Source: Octopus bimaculoides (Eukaryota). Taken from it: a stretch of 55,395 nt of DNA. The stretch is from assembly GCF_001194135.2 (NCBI RefSeq), contig NC_068990.1, positions 94,291,581 through 94,346,975 of the forward strand, read 5' to 3'. The notes beneath the pieces were generated by a model. It had not been told where the DNA came from. It did not search any database and saw nothing but the letters and a program-made list of their open reading frames with translations. Both the position numbers and the translations under genes were made by a program. How positions within the stretch are numbered: position 1 is the first letter of the stretch; each line of letters starts with the position of its first letter. Shown here piece after piece: positions 27,101-39,373 of the stretch.

Positions 27101-30100
27101 ATAGATTCATAATTTATTTTGACACAAATTACCAAAATTTTGTCAGGGAAATTTTTGGAACAATCTTACAGCCACTCTTGGCATGATGGCATAGCACATC
27201 TGCTCATGATTTATTATAGCAAATATGTTAACAGCTGAACAATATTAATTACTTCAATCCTTTTGTTACCATAATTCTGTAGAAATATGCTACCTTTGAA
27301 AATACTAGAAAATTTCATGAAACAACTCATCATTATTAAATTGGTGGAGACATAACATGAAATTTTGATAGAAGATCCACTTTACACATAAAGTTTGTAT
27401 CATAGAATCAGGGGTGTCTTTGGAAGGTTATTATCAAAAGGGTTAATATGACAAATGTATAGTAATATGGGTTTGATAGCCAGTTATCAGAGTAATGTAG
27501 CTTTGCCTTAAAGTTACAGTTCCGATTGATGTTTGCAAGACTGCAAAGCATACTGCACTCACAACTATTTATAAAAGAAAGTAAAACTGATCCATAAAAG
27601 AAATTCTCCGAAATATAATTTTTCTTCCTCAGTGCAAAATACCATCAATGATTTCTGAAAATATTTTTTCTACATTAAATTCTAAATATAAATATTTTAA
27701 GACTTGAATAAAATAATCTTATGTCGATGATGGGACAAAAACAAAGTTTCCTCAAATGGCAATTTAAATTTTTCAAAAGCAGACTACCATAGCAATAACA
27801 AATATTTGTCCAAAGATTCCTAGCCTAAATAAGAAATCACAGAAAACATGTTGTTTTACCTTTCTCATAGGAGGTGTACCATTCTTAATTTTCAATAACA
27901 ATTTCATTATTTTTCTTTCTTTCTGTTCTTTAGGAGTGAGGGTCTCTTCATCCACATCAACCTGACAGAGAAAGGATTAAATAGAGGGATGACTACAGAG
28001 GCACCTAAAACAATTAGCAAAAGCATGGGGCATGCAACAATTTTTTCTAATGAAACATTAAAGGAAAATGTAAGAGTAATTCAACAAAATTCGTTTCAAG
28101 TGTGCAGAATAATTTAACTGACAAAAGAAAAGTAAACTCAATATTTTGTTTCACTATCAAATATATAATTCAATATTTAACATCTGGTTGAAAATTTTCT
28201 AAGTCAAAAGTTCAGTCCAGTAATGATTGAGCAGAAAACACAAACAGATACAGTATTGTGTAGATTCATGTCATACAAAACATTAAGATTTAACTTTAGG
28301 ATATTGAAGAACAGATCTGTATTTTCAGTTATTTATTCTTTGCATTGCTAAACCTAATAAGAAATAATAACAAATCCAGCAGATTAGTAAAAACAAAAGC
28401 CTTCTTACCAAGAGTTTGTCAAAATACTGCATGTCATCTGGTTTCATCATTGGTAAATTACCTTTAGGTTGCATGTCAACAATTGAAACCTTGCTATCTG
28501 GTGTTTGCATTCGGAATCCCATTGGGGTTCCTGCCATTGGTGTGGGAGTGGCAGTTAGTTTACGAGCTGGAGTTCGAATTGGTACATAACCAGCAGGTGG
28601 TTGGAGGATCTAAAAAACATACAAAAATTAAATTTAAAAAAAAACCATACAAGTATCAAATGTATCTAACATAAATCAATTGTATTTATTTCAAAAACAA
28701 TCTAACTCATTATGCAACTGAAAATAATTAATGGAAATCATTTAGAAACAAAAGTAGGAGCAATAAATATAATGAAGTAACCTTATAGCCTGTAGGAAAC
28801 ATGGAATCAAGTTCTTCATCTGACAGAGGTCTGTTCCTCTCATCCAACTCTCTCTGCCAAGTATAAGCCTGTAGCTGTTCAGGTGTCATAGACATGAGAT
28901 GGCCAGGTGTAGGTGTAGCCATGGCCATGGCTTTCTGGCCTGTAGGTGTGGTACCACCAGGGGTCATGCCTCCAGGGGTCATATTTCCAGGTGTCATCCC
29001 ACTCGGAGTCATTCCACTTGGTGTCATATTTGTAGGTGTCATGCCACCTGGTGTGGTACCACCTGGAGTCATATTTGGTGTCATACTACCTGGAGTCATT
29101 CCTCCAGGAGTTGCAGCTGCTGGAGTTTCATCCCATCTCGATCGACGTTTGCTAGCTCCAGGTGTTGGTGTATCTTGAATAAGATCCCCACCTCGATCAG
29201 TCCTTGGTGTTTCGGCCCAGCCACTACCATGGCCAGGAGTTTCTGCAAATATAAAACCACAATAATTATTAATATTGTTCCAAAGTTAAGCACAAAGTCA
29301 GCAATTTTGTAGAAAAAATTAAAGAAATGCCACTATTTTGTCCAACAATTCTACCCACTCGTTTCAATAAAATCTTCTTTTACCATGGTTCCTTACTCAG
29401 AGCATTCACTCTAATAAGTCCTGTACAGGTCAACAAAATATGCACTAGATGCAACAAGGCATGTCAGTGTATCGTATCCGTATGTGGCTAAATGCATACA
29501 TTTCAAATGGCTGTACATCTATTATTTTTCATACCGATATGCTTAAGATGAGATCCAATGAAGGTTATGTTATAAGCAGATAATTGGGAATTAGCCCTTA
29601 CAGGGCTACTTTATTTCCAGGTTACAGTACATTGTCACTGAATTTGACTTCTCCGATGAAGCAGAAGAAATATGACCACCACATAATGTATCTGATCACC
29701 ATTTTTGTTTTTTTTATAAATGTGAATTTGTAACTAGTTTTAAATATTTAAGGCCTGTTTTCATTAAACACTAAATTATGAAGTGGGATCATTATCATCT
29801 AATCACTGAGAAAAGAGAGAGGAGATGGAGGATAGACAACAGAGAAAAAATAGAGACTTACCCCTTTCTGTTTTTGGTGTCTCATCCCATCTATTTCTGC
29901 GAGCACTTGGTGTCGCCTGGTGTCCGGGAGTGTCCCTCCCAGGTGTAGCAGCACCAGGTGTGGCATGACCGGGAGTTGCTTCCCAAGCTCGAGTACTCGC
30001 ACCAGGTGTGGCACTGGGTGTTTCTCCACCCTTACTACGACCTGGGGTCTCGTCCCAGCGAGTGCTGGAAGGGGTATTTGCTGTAGCTTCTGCAGCATCC

Positions 30101-33100
30101 CAACTGGAACTTGATGTCTTCTTGGCTGGTGTGCTGTCATCTGTTGCTTGATCCCATCGCCGTCTCTTCACCGGTTGTTTCTGGGCCACAGCAGCCGCTG
30201 CCGCTGCCGCTGCTGCAGCTACGGATGCTGATGTACTTGAAGAATCTCCTGATGAACCATTGACTGCATGCAACTCTCCTGATTTGGCCTTCTCTACCAG
30301 TTGTTGCCGTAAAGCAGCCTGGAAATAAAGAAATAAACATTTCTTATTATAATGGAGCTGATATATATATATATATATATATGCTTGTTTCTTTCTGTGT
30401 TCCTTTCTGTGGAAGAGTGTAGGCTCAAAACGTTAAAGACTTGAAAAAAATGAAGCTAGTATGCTCTGCTGGATGTGTAATGTCAGTGTGCATACACGAC
30501 AGAGTGTAAGCACCTTGAGAGAAATATTGGACAAAAGAAGCATCAGATGTGGTGTGCAAGAGAGACAATTGCACTAGTATGGTCATGTGCTGCATATGGA
30601 TGAGGAGAGTTGTGTAAAGAAGTGTCACTCCCTAACAGTGGAAGGAACCCATGGAAGAGAAAGACCCAGGAAGACATGGGATGAGGTGGTGAAGCATGAC
30701 CTTCAAACGTTTGGCCTCACAGACACTATGACAAGAGACTGAGATCTTTGGAGATATGCTGTGGTTGAGAAGACCTGGCAAGTAAAGTGAGATCACAGCT
30801 GTAGCTTATACTAGTGTCGTATAACCAGCCCATTTAAAAGTACCCTTGAATCATCTGGTGATATGCTGCGCTTGAGAAGACCTATTGAGTAAAATCAAAA
30901 TGGGAATTGTGGTTGAGGCCGATGCCAGTGCTGCCTGACTGGCACCAGTGCTGGTGGCACAAAATAAGCACCATTCAAGCGCGGGTCAATGCCAATGCTA
31001 CCTGACTGGCTCCCCATGATGGTGGCACGTAAAAAGTACCATCCAAACGTGGTCAATGAATGTGGTCGTGGATTTCATGTAACAAATTAACTAATAATCA
31101 TTAAAGACTCCATCTAAGACCCTGCATCTAGCAATTTGAAGGTCATTGATACTGCTCCAAAGTTAAGTAATTGTTGGGGGTGTCATTGTTTTAATGTCAA
31201 CTTTTCCATGCTTGCATAGATCAGAAGTGACTTTGGTGAGGCAGAATTTTTCAACAGCCAGATGCTCATCCTTTCACTAACCCTCACCTGCTTTCAAGCA
31301 AGGTAATATTTTCCTTGACTCATCCAGCACCAAACAACCTAGACATACTTTCCTGGAGGATTGTTAACAAATAATAATGATTGTAAACAAAGAGTTACTG
31401 TTCTCAAATAGTGTACATATGTTGAGATAAGGGAATACACACACACATAGATGGACTGCTTCCAGTTACCATCTACCAAATTTCACTCACAAGCTACAAG
31501 TCAACCCATGGCAATGAACATCAACCAACAGTGTCCTTGCAGTGAAAGCAAACTTCAGACCACATAGTTCCTAAGTGAACTTCTTAACCACAAAACTAAA
31601 TATTTTGTAAAAGCTGATGAGAGAAAGAAAAACCAAAGAACATTGTTCTCTTAATGACATGCATCAATATATCATGTGCAGGTTTAAGATTCTGCTCTTT
31701 ATTGAATATTTATTATCAAAGAAGTGAATAAAGGAGACAAAATAAGTGTGAGATTTGAAAGCCACAACCTACCTGTTGGTGTGTAAGTCGTTGTTCAACC
31801 ATCACATCAGAGAAAGTTCGTTTGTTCAGTTTTGGATCGGGAGTTTTGCCGCCTGGAAAAGAAAGCAAACAAGGTCACGACAAGATGCCGTGACAAATAA
31901 ATTCATGTGTAAGGAAATATGAAAACACCTGCATTGCAGTTATCATCTGAAGAACACCTCCAGAAACCATTCCAAGCATTAAATCAAGTCTTGCCCTTCC
32001 AACAATATACAGTATTTATATTGGAAAAGTTTAGAGAAACATAGCGATGAGGAAAAAAGACAAAAGACAGAAAGCTTAGAACAACTAAAAAATTCCTTCA
32101 CTGAAGCTTTGAAAATAATTTTACTGAATTCTTTATCACAAATACTGAGATGCTATCCTGAAATACAGGAAATTGTAAAATGACCAAATGAGCTAAAAAA
32201 AAAAAAATTAAAAAAAAAACTACCTTAGACAAAAGAAATAAGGATCTGCAAATAACTTACATGGTATAGATATCAAGTTGGAACAAAATAGATCCTACGA
32301 AAGAATTTCCAATGTTGCCCCTGTAAAACTCTGGCCTAAGTAAACAAACTTGAGCAGGGATTTTGGTTCCATCAAGTATTATAAAGAAACATATTTAAAA
32401 GATAAGAAAGTTCTTCTGGTTAGACAGGTGAAGTAGTCAGTCTTGGAGGAAGAGAAGTATGCATTTGTGAGAAATAATTAGATAACCAGTCACTGTCGGT
32501 CCCATTGGAATGGAATCATTCAGTTGACTTCCCAGCAAATAGTGTGTTTGGTTGATTGCCTGAGAGTTAAGTGTCATCTTGGCAACAGTGAGAGAATAAA
32601 TAGCTTGAAGGAACTCTAGCCTTGGTATTCAAACAAAACAAGCAAAGACTGACAGAAAAAATACAAATCATTGCTTATGGAGCAATTTTTAAGTAACAAC
32701 TTAATATATAAAATAAATTTTTTAAATGTTTAAAACTGACTGCCACATAAGTGAAATATGACAACAGAAATTCAATACCATTAAATAGATTCACCTCTCG
32801 TATTGGAAAGAGTCGATCTTGTTAAACTGAAGTTAATTTTCAAACTTTATCAGTTTCAGAAAATTAATAGCCATAGATTGACACCTCACTCTGTAGTATT
32901 AATTATACTAATTTGAAATGTAAAGAAGATAGATTATTTAGATTGAGATAATAACAGTTACTGTTTAGCCAAAAGTCATTTCTGATTGAGTAGACTTATG
33001 ATGAAAGGCATTCCAACAATGACCATCCAGTCTTTTTCCTATGGGTAGGAGATACAGAACCCCATTATTCAATGTATCCTTTTCTAAGATGGTAGGGTGC

Positions 33101-36100
33101 GATTCGAAATTTGGGTACTATTTCTAGCAGGCTGAGAACTATACTGGGGGCAGGAGACCATTGAACATTTTATAAAAACATGGCAACTTGAACAAGTATC
33201 TTTTCCTTTAGCCTTACACTGACCAATACCTCATGGTAGCATGAGGGGAAAAAATGTGTAGAAACAATGATATGTGTGTGTGTGTGATGTACACACACTT
33301 TTTCATGGTTTCATTATTTTTTATGTCAGTTTTTTTTTTACCCCATGCTGACACAAGTTAGGAGAGCTTATTGAGGCAGTATCCCCCCCCCCCCACATAC
33401 ACACACAGAGACAGACAGACAGATAGAGACCAATTGCCCTCCAAAATACCAATAACACTGCCATCAAACAGAAGTTAATAGATTCCAAATAGGGTGAAAA
33501 TAGAAATAAAATAAATATGACCAGGCTAAAGGATAATATAGGATTTGAACACCTGACCTTTGAGTTAGTTCTTAATACCTTAAATACTGTTTAATGTGAT
33601 AAACAGACAGAGCTTGAAGTCTTCAAAGTGATCAGTATTTATAATGTTTGTCAACTAATTCTATAAAGGCTGAATATGTTTAGTACTGTGGACTTGCAAA
33701 ACGAAACTAAAAAAAACCCCAGCAGCTAAGTAACGTTTTTGGTCACCAAATAGAAAGCCATAATAGCAAAATGGAAACTTATTCACATTGTGTAAGAAAG
33801 AGTAAACTTTTTCAATAAGTAAACAAATCATCGGAAAGGAAAGACTGATTAGCAATGATGTGATGGTTTTGGAAGAAGTGGAATTAAAGCAAGCATTTCC
33901 ACAGGTGGGAGATCAAATTTCATTAAATGCTACAAAAGTAGTTTAAAATGGGAAAGTAAAAAGAAATGCTTGCTTATTTCCCAGCATGAAAAAAAAAAAA
34001 TACTGTCTTCCTTTTACTATCATACGTACAGTGCAGCTTCATGAGTTAGTGCCATCTTCTGTTCGTGTCTGCTTTCATAAACACCAACCCTAAAATTAGT
34101 CTCAGATTAGTGTAGTTCTAGAAACAGAACAAGGAGAGGGTAACAAAAAAAAAAGAAGAAAAGGTTCCCGATAATTCTTCTTTTCCACCAATTCACAGCA
34201 TGGAACAGCCTTGGCAAAAAATTATCAAATATATCATTTTCGTTTCTTATTTACTTCCTCTCACCCCAAAACATAGAAATGTTCAGTAAGTTTTAAACTA
34301 TATACATCTAGCATACGTGTACATCTCTCTTAAATAAAATGAGAATATCTTATAGAATTCTGCTTTTCCTACTACATGATGCTACAGAGAAACGAGATTG
34401 CATTTCTGTTGCAAAACTAGTTTGGGGAAATCATATTTAAAATATAATTTTAGGAACTGCTAATTGCTATCAGAATAGGAAGTTTGAACAATCATCTCTC
34501 TCTTTCTACAACTTGGTTTGCAGGATAAATTTCTAATCTAAAGAAAACCAAAGAACACTGATTCTATCAAACTGATGCCAATTTCAAATTTTATGAAGTT
34601 TTACTTTGTTATTAATGCTTTGCCCCAGGTGAGAGAAACAAAATTTCATATAGGAAATCATTTAGCTGCTAATTTCATACACAGGCTGCAGGCATGATTA
34701 TGTGGTTAAAAAGTTTGTATGCCAACCACCTGGTCTGAAGTTCAATCCTAATGGGTAACACCTTAGACAAGTGTCTTCTACCATAACCTCGGGATTTGGC
34801 AGACAGAAACTGGAAGAAGCTCATCAAGTATGTGTATATATGCATGCACACAAATACAGTTTGCATGCATGCATATGTATAACTGTGTGTGTATGTTTAT
34901 ATACTTTTCTGAAAATTCTCTTGAGCCAGAGGGAGCGACTTTGCTGCCATTTCCTCTGTCAACAGGTCATCCACTGGTTTTGTGCTTTTGTAAATAGTAT
35001 AAGATATCCCCCACCACCAAAAAAAAGAAAGAGGTAAGGGGAAGCAACGAGAAGGGTATCCAGTTGCATAACAATGCTTTCTTAATACATCTGTCTAACC
35101 CAGCAGGAAAAATGAACACAAAAACAAATGAATATATATATATGTATATAGTATGTGTGTGTGTGTATATATATATGCATACACATACACACATCCTATA
35201 TACAGGGTGCAGATGATATTCACTTGCAGCTTTCAGCTGCTAAATTTGCACCTATTCTTTTTACTTTTGTTGTCAGCCTGTTTTTCTTAAAAACAACTAT
35301 TTTTGCTTAATTTCTTTTTTGCAGAATAACTGACTTGTTGCTCGCTGTCCCACCCAGAGTCCTGCAGATGGAATTTCCAGCAACAATTATGGTCTTCAAT
35401 GTCATCAGCAATGGTGACAACATGCTACCCGACTTCTTGCCAAGAAACTCAGGCCAAACACCAATGACTACATTCATGTTCTGAGCAAAGTGGTAAAGCC
35501 CTAGGTCAAGTGGGGTGGCTGCAGGGAGGTCATGTGTGTGACAGCAAGACTCTGCAACCTTACTACCGCAGCTGGAAGGTCCAGGCCTGGCTGTCGAAGA
35601 ACTTCTTTGATTACACAGCATCTCATATTTGGCCTTACTGCAACCCTCTTGACTTCTTTGTGTGGGTCATGGTGGAATGAGACGCCAACACATCCAGCTG
35701 CAACAAGAAGAACAAGCTGAGGGCCTTCAGGGATCTAAAACAGGAGAGAGTGATAAAGATCTGTGGCTGGTTCCAAGGCTGCCTGGAAACTGTCAACGAG
35801 GCCAAAGGTGGTTTTGTCAAGTGAGACTGACAGAACATGTCATGAAGACAAACTGAACCAAATTTGACTGATATTTCTCAAATATTATAAATCCTTTTTT
35901 TTTTCTTCCTGAGACAGTCAACATGCAAATGAATACTATCTACAACCTGTATACCCATATTGATATATAATGTCTTGAACATTTGTAGGTTAATACCAAG
36001 GAAAAGGCTTATTTTATGGACAAACTTCTATGATTATATATATATATATATGTATATATACATAATGTATATGTATAATGAAAATTGATGTACTGCTACA

Positions 36101-39100
36101 AAAGGAAGAACTATATTTTATGGGATTAAAAACAAAAATTTCTCTTTTTTTACCTTCTTTCAATGAAAGTAGTTCATTTAAGATGATATGTTCAAAGAAA
36201 GGGCTGACAAAATTATAGAAAGTAAATCACTAAACTTTCATTTAAGCCAAAAAAAAAAAAAAAGGTTCAATTAAAAAATTGAAAACTGATAAATCTAATT
36301 GATAGAGATCAATGGTAACAGCAACAGTGAGGCATCAGCAGAAGTGTTTGGGACTTAATTACACTGGTAATTCAAGTAGTTGGTAAGCACTCAGCCTTTC
36401 TATAGCAACATGTAGTAGACACTAAATAAGATGTGAATTACACTACAATTATGTATCCTACATATATTGGTGAATTGTTGTGTTTCTTATTTTATCATGG
36501 ATCAGGTTAATTTATTTTTTTTAAAAAAATCACCTAGTTTTTTCATTAAAAAAATTAAATTAAATGAAATTTGAGAAAGCCAATCTTAATCTTAAAGGTT
36601 TGACAACAACAACAACAATGCAGAAGGAAGGGCACCGAGGTGAAAGCACCTCACATGATAGATGTCGATCAGGCACCAACGGCAGCAAGGCATTCCAGTA
36701 GCTAGAAAGGAAAGATACATTTAATTAGTACCCAGATTTTTTAAGTTGTACATCAGTTTAGTGGCACTAGTGCCACAACACTGAACGAGTAGCAGTACTG
36801 TCTACTTCATGCAGTCTTTTTAACAGCATGTAAAACAGGTGATACACATTTGCAGTTGTCTCTTGAAACATATTCTTAACTTCACTTCAAGGAGCTTTAA
36901 CGATGATGATGATGCAGGTCTGATAGTGTTCTACTAAAGTAAATTGAGATGGAATTTTTTCTTTTTTCCATTTTAGCTATAAAAGATTAGGCTTTTTTTT
37001 TCTTCTTCTTCTCCTTCACCAATGTTTTTAAGAACAGAACATCAACCAATAAAACAAATATTTTTGAGATATTCTGGAAGAAAAGCTTTTGATCCTTTAA
37101 AAATGATTTTGAACCTTTTCATAAATATTCTCAGAAATCTATAAAATTTCAAAGAGCCATACAGAACCAAACAATTATCAATAAGATACCTTAAAACGTC
37201 CATCTAACAGTTAGGGACCAAATTTCCAAACAAGTCATCAGACCTATCTATATTTAATATCCCCTATTATCCCCTTTCTTCATACCTTCGCCCCACCACC
37301 ATGTCATTCAATATTGTTATCTGTCACTCTTTTTCTCAGCATCACCAGTCTTATATCTCTTTTACAATACTTGCTCCTCTATCACTCCTAAAACTCCTTC
37401 CTCATCCACTGTCTAAATTTATTATTCCCCCTCTTCTGCTTTCCCAATACTCCCCCCACACCATCATACACCCTCTTGCTCTAGTTCTCCCTGTATCATC
37501 ACTCACTCTTCTATTCACTCTCTCAATCACATTCAGAGATATCTTAAAATAAAAGCTCTCTACTCTTGTACAGGGTTACCAGATTCGGCTAAGTAACATA
37601 ATGCTACTTTTCTGGACCACATGCTTCTATTATTTTTTATTTGGGTTACTAACTCTAGTAGAATTATATTTTAATATGAAAGGTAAAAATCCAATTGAAT
37701 ATTAAATTATCAAGTAAATTAGAACTGACCTGCAGACAATCTTTGTATATGCGTGTATGTGTGAGTGCGTATGTTTGTGTGTATACCATTCAAACACATT
37801 CTAATTTACTAAAAAAATGTTCATTTTGGAATACTTTCTAACATAATCTGCAACTTTCTGGAAAAATTTGTGCTACATTTTATGTAATTAATCTGGCAAC
37901 CCTGATTTTGCAGCAGACTTGATAATTGTAACCAGTAAACTATGAACAGTGGTTGGAAAATGAATGGACACAACACTTGGTTGAGAGCAAGCCTTGATCT
38001 TTTTGAGGCCATGTTAACCTCTTTTGCACTGATGATATGATAAAATGTACCAAGACATTCTGTAAAGTGGTTGGTACCCAAGAGAAGCCATGCCAAAATT
38101 GGAACATATGAATTAGACATGTCTTGGATGTTAGTAATTCTAAATAAGAACTGACTTGGACCAAGATAACAAACCCAATCTTTGAGGAGGTGGAGGAGGA
38201 CAAATTTAACAAGTAAAGTAAAATATTCTTTTACTACAGTGGATAGTGACAAGAATGAATTTTCATGATTGACATCAATCCCAAAATTGAAACATTACTC
38301 ATGGAAACACCAAAGGATGTAATAATAAGACTAAACAGAGATGGATCACACTTCTCTACAACTTCAAAAACCTGCTCAACACTGACAAGAAATCTGATAA
38401 ACATTTGAAAACAAGTTGTATGCACAAGTGTACAATTGAACGTGATAATACTAAAACAAAGAACACAAATGTATGAATTCTTGTAAGTAAAGACAATTCG
38501 CTTTTTGCTTACAAATAAAATTATCTAGAGATAGGGAAGTCAACAGGTATAACCCTAGTATTTTATTAACAAATAGGATAAACCAATGTAAAAACAAAAA
38601 TAAAATAAAAGCTAAGCAAAATGGATTTGAACAGAGAAATATAAACTATTAAACCAGATACACTAAATGGTCCAGTATTTTACCATTTCAACCAACGCAT
38701 CTACTCTAATATTAATCATCATAGTAATCATGGTATTAAGTAGACCACTGGTCACAAAACACTTGCAATCTTCTAGCTTTCAAAGGCTGCCACCCACACT
38801 CACTAATCAGGTAGGTGACATATTCCCCTGAAACAAAATACGAGTGTGTTGTGGATGAGTGGAGTGAAGCGTTTCACTCAAGAACACAATGTACGGCTGG
38901 TCTGGGAATTGAAACTACAACCTCGCAACCGTGAGTGAAATACCCTAACCACCAAGCCACGTGGCTTTACAATATTAATCATAATATAAAATAAAAAGGT
39001 ACAAAGTCTCGTCTTACAATGCCACAACTTATTTAATATTAATACATAAAGAGGAAAGAGAAGAATTACAGCAAACCTAATAAAATATCTACAAGTGTTG

Positions 39101-39341
39101 CTTACATCTTCAATCATTAACGGCCTTTCCTACAACTATAACTAACTTTGATATTATAAGAGATGAAGAAGATTCAAAGAACTAATTAACAAGCCACAGA
39201 GATAAAACATATCAATTTATATGAGGCAAAAAGTTGAGAGAGAGACTTCAAAGCACTGGCTTATTTGAAGATATAACCAGGCACTCTCATGATGGTCACT
39301 GCCAACCTTTTCCTTGTAAAAATTTAAATATGCACTCTAAA

Positions 39342-39373
<32 letters not shown>

